In this document: positions 1-12,088 of the stretch, in pieces
Numbering within the stretch: position 1 is the stretch's first letter
Layout of the letters: each line of letters opens with the position of its first letter
NCBI RefSeq assembly: GCF_000143415.4
Contig: NW_003314303.1
Span: 372,460-436,459 of the forward strand
DNA length: 64,000 nt
Source of the DNA: Selaginella moellendorffii
Lineage: Eukaryota; Plantae; Lycopodiophyta
Reading direction: 5' to 3'
Translations under genes and position numbers: made by a program
Notes under the pieces: model-generated
What the model was told of the DNA's origin: nothing
Database searches by the model: none
Seen by the model: the letters and a program-made list of their open reading frames with translations, nothing else

Positions 1-492
1 TATAAAACACACCGTGGTCTCACTTCTAAAGACAAGGTAATGTAAATTGTTTACATCTACTTTCAACTTTAACTTCCAATTATACAGATTAGTGGATATT
101 TCATCCCTGACAACTAACAGAGCTTCACTCAAGCTGAAAGTCTTTGCTCATTTTGCTCTTTCACAATGTTAGAGCAGAGAGAAGATGGTTTTGTTGTTTG
201 TACAAAGTGTAAAGGGCGTTCCATCCCTCGTAAATCAGCTACAATAACTGGTTCTATTATATCAAATGATATGATGGAATATAGAGTTACAGTGCGTGAT
301 AAAATGGTGGATAAAATTTATAATTTGGATGAAGGGTCTATGGTCAAGTTTGCTATGGAGTCCCTAGAAAAGATTGTTGTTTATTTGTCTTCAAAACCAA
401 CAGGATTCTTTCTATTGAATGAAATAAATATTATTGTCCATTTTGAGACACCAAACAATTCAGCCATGGAAATTGCCAACAACAAAAAATAG
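1..492 (+). pseudogene. C4 zinc-ribbon/OB-fold (RPA1 C-terminal-like) gene fragment, probably carried by the rolling-circle element
   Basis: GT-AG intron 37-87. The frame reads ...AESLCSFCSFTMLEQREDGFVVCTKCKGR... (CxxC-x14-CxxC) followed by beta-rich sequence, with an in-frame TAA at 115-117. The RPA-like call comes from motif resemblance and the adjacent Rep/Hel only. Confidence 0.4.
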
Positions 493-559
493 ATACAATT
501 GTCTCTTGTCTATTTTTCAATTGCTTTCTCTATAATACAAATATCTATTTGTGAAATCT

Positions 560-2122
560 TTCAGTGCTTCTCTTAAGAATTTCTAGATTTCAAAGCACAC
601 AAACTAGAAATCCCATGGCAATGACTCACAAGATTGCTGTTGATTGCATTGCACAATCAATTAGAGAATTAATATGTAATAAACACAAGCTGCCTTTGAA
701 AGCCCCTCTTAGGTAATCTACCACATTAACATTGTATGCCTAACACCGGAATCCAGGAAAATGATCATTGTGCATCTAGCTAGGGAGTTCCTTAAGGGTT
801 TAAGAGAAGCTGGGTGAAGAATGTGGTGCATTGCTTTCTATACTAGATGTTAAACCCCATCTTGCAGTAAATGTGCAAGAAAATGAATATGAAAGAGCTT
901 GAGCCACATGCAATTCCAAATTTCAACTTTGTTGTTGATTTGTTTGACCTAGATGCTTGAAGCCATGTATGCTCTTGTAGTGCTCTTGACAAAAGGGTTG
1001 GAAAAATCCTTGTATCTTTGACATCTCTTTATCACAGAGCTTGCAGATCGCTAAATTAAGGCTCTTGCTTCTGAATGACCATGCTCTTACTTGATCCTAC
1101 TGGATAACTTACAAAAGAAAAACAAAATAACTTAGAAGAAAGTTAAATGGGAAGGCACACATACATCAAAGGTTCGCTTTGGTTCTTGGCCCTGGATATC
1201 CATTTGTGGCAATGTTGAGCTCTCCTTCACCTTGTAGTAGCTCAAAAGAAATCATTTCAAGTACTTGCATCAAGGTATACAAAAAAAATGTCCTAACGAG
1301 AAAGAAAGTTACAAACTACTTCAAACCATCTTTGAGTCCATCAACTTTTCAGGGACTTGTCATTGGACGTGCAAGGGTTTTCCACAGCCAACCCTGTAAA
1401 CTCAAAACATCATGCTAGATACTAGTCTCCATAGTGAGAAGAATGTTACTTGTTTGTGGAATCATCCTACCTAGTCGAAGATATCTTGCTTGACATTTTG
1501 AACAACTTTCTTTGGACTTGGCTACCTCGTCCAGAGCTGCCACTGTCAATAGAGCCTAAAGATGCTCTCACTATGGATTTGTAATGATGAAAATCTTCTC
1601 TCTGGGCACAAGTAGAAGTTTAAGGCGCTGGAAGAGCTGCTGTCTCATAAGATTCGAGACGACACTGTCCCTACATTTGTATCCTCTAGTATAATTTTTG
1701 AACCTGCAAAGACTCTACATTTCCAATGGCAAAGTACTAAATCCAAACTTGAGAAACCAGCTCCAAAAACTAACAAAGCCACGAAAAAGGAAAAAGAAAA
1801 GGAAGAAAGAAAAAAAAAGGAGGAATGATCACACACCTTGTGCTGGATCTCTCTTCAATCTTTTAACCATATCCAGTGCCCTATTTAGTCCTTTAATCTG
1901 GTGTAGCGTAAAGAAGATGAAGACCATTCCTGAAAGACTTACAAAAACAAAATGTCACCTTCCCTCAGAAATCTCTTATTGCATGATCCATTCAGCTGCT
2001 CAAGTGGCAAGACCTAAGAATCCATGAGAGGTAGTGGTGTTAAACCCCAAAGAAAGAGATCTAGAAACAATACAATTGAGCAAGCAGTCAATTACCTATG
2101 CGAGTCTGGTACTTGTGCTCAT
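560..2122 (-). pseudogene. Degenerate multi-exon gene remnant of unknown product
   Basis: Several minus-strand GT...AG short introns (e.g. near 2095-2060, 1958-1930, 1163-1110) separate moderately GC segments with stops and a CSKC motif. No family recognised. Confidence 0.25.
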
Positions 2123-2681
2123 GTTTCTCTCATAAGCCCATTTTAGTCTCATTTAAATAAAGACTTAATATAGCTTTAGGGCATAAATGGCTTTCAATGG
2201 AATAACATTGAGAAGTAAGTAAAAGGTCTTTGATTGTTTCTATTGATCTAGATTATCAATTATCAGCCTTCACAAAGCTGTTGATTGAAAGATAGAGAAT
2301 TAATACTTGCTGAAAGTAGGCCAAAAATAGTTTATTTAGTTCTATTGTTGAATCTCTTTAAAAAATCTTAATCAGCTAAACAATCATAGAAAAAACTAAT
2401 CTGGATGCACCCACCTATCCGGTGGGTGTAAGGACATCAAGGGCAATAAGGGCATTTAACTGTAAAGGGCAAAATTATGACAAAGAGAAAATTTGAATGG
2501 ACAGAACTTCTAGAAGCAAAATTGTTATCAGTTCAAGGATCTGCAAATAAAAAAGCAAAAAAACTAAAATTCAACCATAATATTGATTTAACTGAGCAAC
2601 AAATTGTTTCTAGATACTATTATTTATCAAGAAAGAATGAAAATGAGTAAATAAAAACTATTAATATATCCAAAGAAAAAC

Positions 2682-4920
2682 ATGAAGAACTTACTCTACA
2701 AAATCAAAAAAAATATATATACAACAAAAGAAGACAAAATACTTATGGAAACTTGGAACTCACAAAAACAAACAAATGAAAAAATAAATATTTTTCGACA
2801 AAGAACAGGGAGTACTATATCAGATGAAAAACTTAAAAGAAGAGTATATTATATTAGAAGCAAAGAAAAAAAAACAATAAAAGAGAAAGAACAACAAGAA
2901 AATGAATATGACATGAACAATCCAAAAAGTATGAAAGCACTACAAATGTATAATGAAGCTATACAGGATATACTGATACATCCATGTAAAATATGTAAAA
3001 GACTTTGGTTTAAATATAATAAAAAAACAAGGATATGCATGCAATCAATGCATGACAAATAAAGAAACATATAAAAGTCCAGAAAAAATTAGAATGAATC
3101 AAATTGATCAATATACAGAACAACTAAATGATATTGAAGAGAAAATGATAGCTCTACATATTTTATTTGAAAATATAGCAATACCAAATCAACCTCAATA
3201 TCAGCAGTGCATAAAAGGAGGAATAATAAATGTCCCAACTAATATTAAACCAATAATTAATAAACTACCAAGATTATTTGAAGAAACACAAACAATAACA
3301 ATTCAGCTGAAACAAAGATTAACTGATAAATATTATTATAAATATGGAATAGCCAGACCACATTATATTTATAATAGTATAAAACAATTACAAGAAACCG
3401 AACTATATAAGAAAAATAAAATTAATATAGATGAAAACTGGTTTCAACAAGCACTAAATTTAGACAATATAGATAATAACATACAAATAATATTAGAAAA
3501 CAAATTACAACAAAAATTAAATGAAGATGATAAAAGTGAAAATCTTATAGACAACCCTGATAATGAGATATTACCAACAGATACTATAGTAATTATCTTC
3601 TTAGATGCAAATCAAATAGATAATTTTACAAATAAAGTTTTAGTTATAGCATCTGGTCAAGGACAACACCCATTAGGATTATTTGTAGATGGAAATGCTG
3701 AAAAAATGGCATATCCAAAACTATTTAGTGGAAAACAAAGACCATTAGACATAAAAAGAAAATTTACATATCAAGAAATAATCCAATGGGAATTAATGAA
3801 TGAGGATAGAAATTTGCATGACATATTAAATATATATTTACAGCAGCATTAAAAACTAAAATCAAATTTGTCAATCAAAATGTAGGTTTTAGATTAAGAA
3901 AATTTACTTATGAAGGAAGAAAAATCACATCAAAAGATGTGCTTGTAAATGGAAATATGGATAAAATATTAAAGTTAAACATAGGTTTTAGAGATTTAAA
4001 AAATCTAAGAATATCACCAGATAATTTAGAAGCACTAAAAAAAGATGCATTTGCGATGATAAAATAATTAGGAGCACCAACACTATTCTTAACTCTTAGT
4101 TGTTCAGAAAGACATTGGGAACCATTAATAAATGCTTTAAAACATTTAAATACAGATATATTACAAAAAGAAGAGATAAAAAATTTAAATGAAAAAGAGA
4201 AAATATATAAAATACTAAGAGCTGATCCAATCACCACAATACGATATTATGCACATAAAACATCAGCATTTAGAAACTTATTAATGTCCAATTATCACAT
4301 ATTTGGAAGGAAAGTAAAAGACTATGTATTTGTAACACAATTTCAACAACGTGGTACACCACATGAACATGCACTAATACGGTTAAAAAATCAACCACAA
4401 ACATTAGAACAAATAAAAGAATATGCTAATGAAAATATATGTACTGATTCAGAGAAACTACCAGATAATATAAAAGATGTTCAAACTCATAAACATAGAA
4501 AAACATGTAAGAAATATAAAAATATAAATTGTAGATTTAATTACCCAATTCCTCCAATTCCACAAACAGAAATCTTAGAGCCTATAAAAGACATTACAAA
4601 ACATGAAAAGGATTCATACAATAATTTACAAAAAAATGAAAACAATACTAGAAGATAAAACTATAGATTTAAAAACTTTAGAGTTTAATGAATATTTAAA
4701 AATAATAGGAATAACATATGAGCAATATAAAGCTACAATAAGATCAACAATAACAAATACAAAATATTGCATGTATTGAAATAGAAATTAAAATAACTTT
4801 ATACAGGTGAGGGAAATGCCAATTCAACAAGCACTTTTTTTAATATTGTCAATCCCATTTCATCATATTGTTAGAACTGTAAAGTTCATTGATCCTAAAC
4901 CACAACAACAACAAAAAAAA
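2682..4920 (+). pseudogene. Helitron Rep (HUH rolling-circle initiator) region with N-terminal Zn finger, frameshifted
   Basis: HPCKICKRLWF...ACNQC Zn finger; LNDIEEKMIA...IINVP...KLPR block; ASGQGQHPLGLF..AEKMAYPKLFSG; motif 1 GAPTLFLTLSCSE (4071-4109); motif 2 TQFQQRGTPHEHALI; CRFNYP. Several stops and frameshifts. Confidence 0.85.
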
Positions 4921-5020
4921 NNNNNNNNNNNNNNNNNNNNNNNNNNNNNNNNNNNNNNNNNNNNNNNNNNNNNNNNNNNNNNNNNNNNNNNNNNNNNNNN
5001 NNNNNNNNNNNNNNNNNNNN
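4921..5020. other. Assembly gap (100 N)
   Basis: Run of n characters. Confidence 1.
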
Positions 5021-5099
5021 AAAATGAAAAATAAAAGATAAAATATTAACAAATACAAACAATTATAATACAAGATGAATACCTTATGGAAACTAGTAA

Positions 5100-6560
5100 A
5101 TATCACCAATTATTAAGAACTCTTAATAAAAAGCAAAGAATAATACATGATGACTTCATATTGAAAAAAAATAAAACAACCTAACAAACAATTGTGTTTA
5201 TTTTTAACAGGAGGAACAGGAACTGGAAAATCAATGCTTTTAAATACACTTATAGAAACACTCAAATGATATTATAAAACAAACCAAGATATAAATAATG
5301 AACCAGGACAAACAATATTAATAACAGCACCTACAGAAAAAGCAGCTTGTAATATAAATGGTTCAACAATACATTCAGTTTTTGCATTTCGACTAGAAGC
5401 ATCAAAACAACGTCAAATAATATTAACAAATGACACATTAGATAAGTATAAAAGAAAGTTTTCAACAATAAAATGTTTAGTAATAGATGAAATATCAATG
5501 GTAAGTATAGAAATGCTACAAGATATAAATAGAAGATGTGAAAGCTTCAAAACAACAAATGGAATAGACTTTGGTGGGATGGATTGTATATTTACAGGTG
5601 ATTTCTATCAATTAAATCCTACATTTGAACACCAATTTATTCAAAAAAAACATATAGATCTGAAAATGATGTCTCCATACACCACCCATGGAAAATAATT
5701 TTAAAATCTATGAACTTACTGAAATAATGAGGCAAAAAGATGATATAATCTTTATAAAAGCTTTAAATAAAATAAAAATAGGAGAACAAACAGATAAAGA
5801 GCTAGAATATATAAATAAACAAGTCACNNNNNNNNNNNNNNNNNNNNNNNNNNNNNNNNNNNNNNNNNNNNNNNNNNNNNNNNNNNNNNNNNNNNNNNNN
5901 NNNNNNNNNNNNNNNNNNNNNNNNNNNNNNNNNNNNNNNNNNNNNNNNNNNNNNNNNNNNNNNNNNNNNNNNNNNNNNNNNNNNNNNNNNNNNNNNNNNN
6001 NNNNNNNGGGACTACATAAAATATTACATTTGAAAAAGAAAATGGCAATTGAAATAACACAAAATATAGCAATAGAAGATGGATTAGTAAATGGAGCAGA
6101 TGGAGTATTACAAGATGTAACCCAGATTGAAGAAGAACAAATAATATGGATAGAATTCCCAAATTTAAAAACAGGTGAAAAAACAAGAGCTAAAGAAAAC
6201 ATAACAATAAAGCAAAATAATGAAAAAAACTGGACACCAATAAAAAAAAATAACAAGAACAATAAATATTACTAAAAATAAAAACTATGTTATAAGTAGA
6301 ACCCAATTTCTAGTACAACCATGTGTAGGAAGAACAATACATAGAGCACAAGGATCAACAGTTATGCAATTAGGATATGACCCATATAAAACAAAATATC
6401 CAGAACAAGCATATACCGCATTATCAAGAGCACAAACACTAAAAGGGATACATTTATATAGACCAATTGAACATAAACACATTAAAATCAATAAAGATGC
6501 AACTAAAGAAATAATAAGAATGACAACAGAAGCACCATGGCAAATTGATTTAATAGATTT
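5100..6560 (+). pseudogene. Pif1-family (SF1B) helicase domain of the Helitron
   Basis: Walker A LFLTGGTGTGKS (about 5198-5233), ITAPTEKAACNINGSTIHS, LVIDEISMV, FGGMDCIFTGDFYQL, ELTEIMRQ, GLVNGADG, TIHRAQGST, QAYTALSRA. Frameshifted and contains an N gap. Confidence 0.9.
5828..6007. other. Assembly gap (180 N)
   Basis: Run of n characters. Confidence 1.
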
Positions 6561-7078
6561 ACAAGAAGAAAAAAAAGCTAACCACACAATTATACAAGTT
6601 CTAAATACAAAATCTATTACTGCACATCAAGAAGATATAAAGAGTGATTCACAATTATTAACATCAGATATAACATGTATGCAAAAAGTAAGAACACAAA
6701 AACATGAGGAATTATATTTTAATAAATATAAATCATATATACATGAACAACCCCCACATATAGCAATATTGCATACAAATGACAACAAATCAGAAATAGT
6801 AGAACATTTAAAAACAGAAACAATGGCAATGTCATATGTATCACTAGAAAAAAATAAAAAACAATTACAGATAATAAATTTACATAGAAAACCTGGAACA
6901 AATATACATATATTCATAAAAAAACTACAAAAATATATACAGAAAATAGATAATAAAAAACCCAAATAGAAGAAGTAAAACCACTTCAAACAATAATGGA
7001 GAAAGAAGGATATATACAAATAATAAAATACAATACACGTAATAATAAATTAATAGATCATATATGAATAAAAGATAT

Positions 7079-7252
7079 TGTGAGGGCCAAGTGTACGGCT
7101 ACGATGCCGTATACTAATATTAGCATAGTGGATTTTGGTAGCCATCGGATTGGTTTCAATCCGGACCACTCGCTCCTGTATATAAGATAGGGTTTTTGGG
7201 TTAATTGATATGCACATTTCTGTATTCCCTTTCCATATTCCATGCACTCACA
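7079..7252 (+). repeat. 5' LTR (174 bp)
   Basis: TGTGAGGGCC...CACTCACA; 4 substitutions relative to the 3' LTR. Confidence 0.97.
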
Positions 7253-7253
7253 T

Positions 7254-7269
7254 TGGTGGAGGTGAGGGG
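7254..7269 (+). promoter_or_regulatory. Primer-binding site, tRNA-Ala-like
   Basis: TGGTGGAGGTGAGGGG starts 1 nt after the LTR and is complementary to a ...CACCUCCACCA 3' end typical of tRNA-Ala. Confidence 0.7.
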
Positions 7270-7485
7270 CACCTTTGATTGTCCCTGGGGAGTGCTTGGA
7301 TTTGGGATTTCGGTTTAGATCTAGCTTTTGCATTGTCTAGATCTAGCTTTTTCCATTTCCTTTCTTTTGTTCTTTCCTTTCAGGATTTTGGTTTAGATCT
7401 AGCTTTTTGCATTGTCTAGATCTACCATTTCTTTCCAGCTTTTTGTCATTTCTCTTCTTTTGCTCTTTCTTTCTCATTCATTTTC

Positions 7486-8418
7486 ATGGCCGATCTGCAA
7501 TCTCCTCCTTTGACTCTAGAGCAGCAGTTGGTTCAATTGCTTGATGCTATGCGCCTGCAATTGAACAACCAAACTCAGTTGATGGCGGCATTCACGGCAC
7601 ATGGTACAACTCCTCCTGCTTTTGGTGCCAATCCTCGCGTTCGGCCGGAGTTCTTTCGTGGGAATCCTGGGGATGATGTGTACCATTGGTTCGATCACTT
7701 CACGGTGATTGCCACATATCATTCTTGGGATGATGCTCGACGTTTGCGTGAGTTCCCCACATGTCTTCAAGGGATGGCATTGCAGTGGTACAATGGATTG
7801 AGCGCAGCTACTCGTGGCGATTGGAGTGTTCTTCCGGACGTCTTCAAACGCGCCTTTGGACACGCCGACGATTGTGATGATGCCTTCCAACAATTGCATC
7901 GTCTTTGCCAAGGGCCATCTGAGTCGGTGATGCAATTTGGCGTTCGTTTCCGAAGTCTTTTGCTTCGTGCGGAGCCAAATATGTCGGAGCGGATCAAGCT
8001 AGGAATGCTGTGGCCAGCACTTCGTCAAGATCTTGTCGGACTTGTGCATGCACTTGCTTCTGCCACTCTTGACGATGCTCTTCGCTTGGCACAACGTTAT
8101 GAGACGTCGCCTCTTCCACTTCTTGCTACACGTCCTTCAGCTCCACTTCCTATGAGTGATGGTCCTGTTCCCATGGAGGTTGATGCTGCTGCTACTCGAG
8201 TCCAAGGACAAGGGCGAGGACGTGGTCGTGGCCGTGACATTCGTTGCTGGGCATGTGATGAAGTTGGTCATACTTATCGGCGTTGTCGGCGCTTTTCGGA
8301 TTGGCGACCTCCATTTCCTGGGTGGAGACCTTGGCGTCAGCAACGTCCCGTTGGTGCTGCTGCGGTGGAAGGTTTGGATACCGAGGTGCATTCGGGAAAC
8401 GAGGAGTCGTGCGAGTAA
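7486..8418 (+). CDS. gag: Retrotransposon Gag with CCHC zinc knuckle
   Basis: 310-aa ORF; retrotrans_gag-like core (LCQGPSESVMQF), PVPMEVD, and CWACDEVGHTYRRC knuckle. Confidence 0.92.
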   Translation: MADLQSPPLTLEQQLVQLLDAMRLQLNNQTQLMAAFTAHGTTPPAFGANPRVRPEFFRGNPGDDVYHWFDHFTVIATYHSWDDARRLREFPTCLQGMALQWYNGLSAATRGDWSVLPDVFKRAFGHADDCDDAFQQLHRLCQGPSESVMQFGVRFRSLLLRAEPNMSERIKLGMLWPALRQDLVGLVHALASATLDDALRLAQRYETSPLPLLATRPSAPLPMSDGPVPMEVDAAATRVQGQGRGRGRGRDIRCWACDEVGHTYRRCRRFSDWRPPFPGWRPWRQQRPVGAAAVEGLDTEVHSGNEESCE

Positions 8419-8457
8419 TGGAGGGACCTTGCGCGAATAAGTTAGTGACCCCTCCAT
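8394..8457 (+). promoter_or_regulatory. -1 programmed ribosomal frameshift signal (slippery G GGA AAC plus H-type pseudoknot)
   Basis: Heptamer 8394-8400 in the gag phase, 6-nt spacer, stem 1 8407-8415/8428-8436, stem 2 8418-8425/8450-8457. Pol lies in the -1 frame. Confidence 0.75.
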
Positions 8458-11400
8458 CTTTCTTTCGGGAGTATCATCAAGGGGTTCACTCGGCACCGGT
8501 TCATCCAGTGTTTACTTTCCAAGCTCGTTTTTATAACAAGAGGTCTCCTATTCTTCTCTCCGTGTTGGTTGATACAGGTTCGAGTTTATCTTCTATTGCT
8601 CGACCTGTTGCCACACGTTGTCGTCTACACTTGCGTCGTGCGGCGGATCCAGTTTTCATTCTTTATGGCAACAGCCGTACACATGCATGTGCACGAGATG
8701 AGGCGGACCTGGTTGTGCGTGTGGGCGATCTCGAGCTTGAGTTGTAGTCGTTGCGGGTGGTGCCGAGTCAAGCTTTTGACCTCATTCTTGGTATGGATTG
8801 GTTGCAGCACAATCATGCCAAGTGTGACTTTGAGGCTTTTCCCCCTTGTCTCATATTTCCTTATGTTTCATCCATTCCTCTCACTTCCGTACCTCTTCGT
8901 CCCTCTACTTCTACCTCTGCTTCCATTACTTTTGTTCCCCCATTATTTCCTCTTGTGTTTTCATCTTGTTCTACTCTTCCCTTTTCCGATCCCTCCGATG
9001 ATCTTTGTGTTGCAGCTGTTGACCAGCTCATGAAGGAGTATTCTGATCTCTTTGAATTTGACCTATCGTCTGGGGCCAAGATTGCCACATGTCATCCCAT
9101 TCCAACCGGGGATGCTCGTCCAATCAAGGTTCCTGTTCGTCATCGGTCACCCAAGGAGATCAAGATTTTACGTGCAAACGTCAAGGAGATGTTGGAGAAG
9201 GGTGTTATTCGGAAGTCGCGGAGTCCTTGGGCATGTGAACCTCATCTTGTGACGAAGCCTGATGGGAGTATTCGTTTCTGCATCGACTATCGTCCGTTAA
9301 ATGAAGTGACGATCCCGGACGTGTACCCTCTTCCTCACACTGTTGATCTCTTGGATCGTCTGGGGCGAAGTCGTTGGTTCACCAAGCTAGATCTTGCTTC
9401 TGGGTATTGGCAAGTACCGATGGCTGAAGACGATATTCCTAAGACTGCTTTTCGTACACCATTTGGTTTGTACGAGTTTTTGGTGATGCCCTTTGGTTTG
9501 AACAATTCTCCAGCAACTTTTCAGCGAATGATGGACGAGGTTCTTTGCGATATGCCGGAGGTGACGGCTGACTTCATTGATGATGTCTTGATCCACTTGG
9601 AGGGGACGTGGGAGGAGCATGTTCGTGATGTTTGTAAAGTGTTGGATCGGCTATGCGACGTTGGTTTAAAGCTGAAGCGGTCGAAGTGCGTGTTTGGGTC
9701 CAAGGACACAATTTATCTTGGGTACCGTATTTCTCGTGAGGGTTTGCAAGTTGATCCTAACAAACTTGTGGCTGTTCTAAAGTTCCCTACTCCGAAGTGT
9801 GTGAATGATGTGTAGCGCTTTTTGGGTAAGGTGCAGTATCTCGGTCGTTTTGTGGATCATCTTTCCGATCGCACTTTACCATTGCGAGCGTTGCTGAAGT
9901 CATCAACGTCATCTTTCATCTGGTCTCCCGATTGTGAGCGGGCGTTCGTGAATCTCAAAGAGCTATTGACGACTCCTCCGGTTTTGGCATATCCTGACTA
10001 CACTCGACCTTTTATTTTGCGCGTGGATGCTTCTGACATTGGTCTTGGAGATGTGTTGATGCAAGAGAGCTCGAGTGTGCCTGGTCAGCGCCATCCCATT
10101 GCATACATAAGCCGTACATTACAACCAGCAGAGATGAACTACTCCACGATGGAGAAGGAGTGTTTAGCAGCAGTCTGGGGTTTCGAGAAACTTCATGCCT
10201 ATCTACATGGTTCTCGGACGTTACTTGAAGGTGACCATGCTGCTGTTACTTCATTATTGAAGCGGAAGAACCTGGTTGGTCGTACGGCTCGATGGGCTTT
10301 GAAGCTTCAGATATATAATTTCGATGTTGTTCATCGCCCAGGGAGTTCTATGGCTGATGCTGATGCCCTTTCTCGAGCTCCTCTTCCTTCTCCACTCACT
10401 TCTCATGTTTCTGACGAACCTGTTGTTCCAGCATCTGTGGATTTTTTAGATGAGGATTCTGTGCCGTCGGCGGTTGCTGTCCTTGACGTTCAGTGTCCAC
10501 AGGGCGTAGAGCAAGATCTACCTTCTCTGGATGAGGTTCGCGAGGCTCAAAAGATTGAGCCGTGGATTCGAAGGCTTCGAGATGGGTTTGAGAATCCTGC
10601 ATCACTTGCTGATGACTTGCCTTTTCGGCATTTACATTCTCAATATCGCCTTGAAGATGGCCTTCTTTATTTTGTGGGAACGGATCCTGATGCTCATTTA
10701 CGGCTGGTGGTGCCTTCGGTGTTTATTCCGCGGTTTCTCCATGCCTACCATGATTCTCCTATTCTAGGTGGGCATATGGGACACCGTCGTGTCACCGAGA
10801 AGTTGCGCAGATCTTTCTATTGGCCAGAGATGCGACGTGATATTATCCGGTATGTGCGTAGCTGCGTTTGGTGCCAAGCTCGTAATACTCCCCCTTGTGC
10901 TGCGGAAGGACGGTTGGAGTCAATTGCAGTTTCTCGTCCGTTTGAGTTGGTGGCGTTTGATCTTATGGGACCTTTTCCGCGATCGACTGCTGGCAATGAG
11001 TATGTTATTATTGCTTCTGACTACTTGACTCGTTGGGTGGAAGTTGGTGCTCTTGCTAGTGCCTCTGCAACTGCTGTTGGATACTTCCTCCTCAATCGAG
11101 TGGTGTTCCAGCATTCTTGTCCAGAATGGATTCTTTCGGATAATGGTCCTGCATTTATGGCTGAGGTATTTCATGTTTTGACATCTCGGTTGGGGATACA
11201 CCACACTTTTACGAGTGCTTATCATCCACAATCAGACAGTCTGGTGGAACGGCTTGTTCGGACATTCAAAGGGATGATTGCGAAGTATGTGAACTTTCAA
11301 CATTCGGATTGGGATGGTTATTTGCCGTCTCTTCGGTATGCTTATGTCACAGGGGTGCAGAGTTCTGTTGGTGCTTCACCATATAAACTTCTATATGGTC

Positions 11401-11882
11401 ATGATCCAATATTACCAACAGAGCTAGGTTTACCTTCGCGATTGCCACGAGCTCCTGATGCTAGGTCATGGGATCAATATTTGACAAGCATTCTTCCACT
11501 TGTCCGAGCAGAGTCTGCTGAACACTTAGGCCGCGTACAAGTGGGACAACAACGGCACTACAATTCCCATCATCGTCCACCAGCGGAGTACAAAGTGGAT
11601 GATTTGGTGTTAGTCCGTTTTCCCCATCTTACGGTACGTGGTTTATCTAAGGGGCTCCTTGCGCAGTGGAAAGGACCGTATCGGGTGTTACGGCAAGTTG
11701 GACCACAAGTTTATGAGGTTCGGCATGACGTTCAGCAGGCTGATCCTCCGGAGATTGTGCATGTGCAGCGGTTAAAACGCTTCATACAGAGGGATCAGGA
11801 GCAGTTAATACCGTATACAGATCCACCGATGCCTCCTCCTGACGTTCCTCCAGATCCCGGCCCATCTACAAGAGAACCCTGA
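8400..11882 (+). pseudogene. pol: Pol polyprotein (aspartic protease, RT, RNase H, integrase) with premature TAG stops at 8745-8747 and 9813-9815
   Basis: LVDTGSS protease; KLDLASGYWQ, MPFGLNNSPATFQ and FIDD in RT; VDASDIG and EKECLA in RNase H; HHCC, D-D-E (FDLMG, SDNG, VERL) and WKGPY in integrase. All three ORFs share one frame. Confidence 0.95.
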
Positions 11883-11899
11883 CGGCCTTCCATTATTCC

Positions 11900-11914
11900 G
11901 AGAGGAGGGGATGA
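11900..11914 (+). promoter_or_regulatory. Polypurine tract
   Basis: GAGAGGAGGGGATGA immediately precedes the 3' LTR. Confidence 0.85.
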
Positions 11915-12088
11915 TGTGAGGGCCAAGTGTACGGCTACGATGCCGTATACTAATATTAGCATAGTGGATTTTGGTAGCCGTCAGATTGGTTTCAATCCGG
12001 ACCACTCGCTCCTGTATATAAGCTAGGGTTTTTGGGTTAATTGATATGCACATTTTTGTATTCCCTTTCCATATTCCATGCACTCACA
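11915..12088 (+). repeat. 3' LTR (174 bp)
   Basis: Direct repeat of 7079-7252. Confidence 0.97.

Larger units (their letters stand above)
7079..12088 (+). mobile_element. Full-length Ty3/gypsy LTR retrotransposon (non-chromovirus), pol inactivated by two stops
   Basis: Paired TG...CA LTRs, ATAT target duplication (7075-7078 and 12089-12092), PBS, PPT, gag then PR-RT-RH-INT order, no chromodomain. Confidence 0.97.

Noticed and set aside
4807-6275. ORFs spanning N runs
   Set aside because: Lengths and frames are artefacts of assembly gaps; only the flanking motifs were used.
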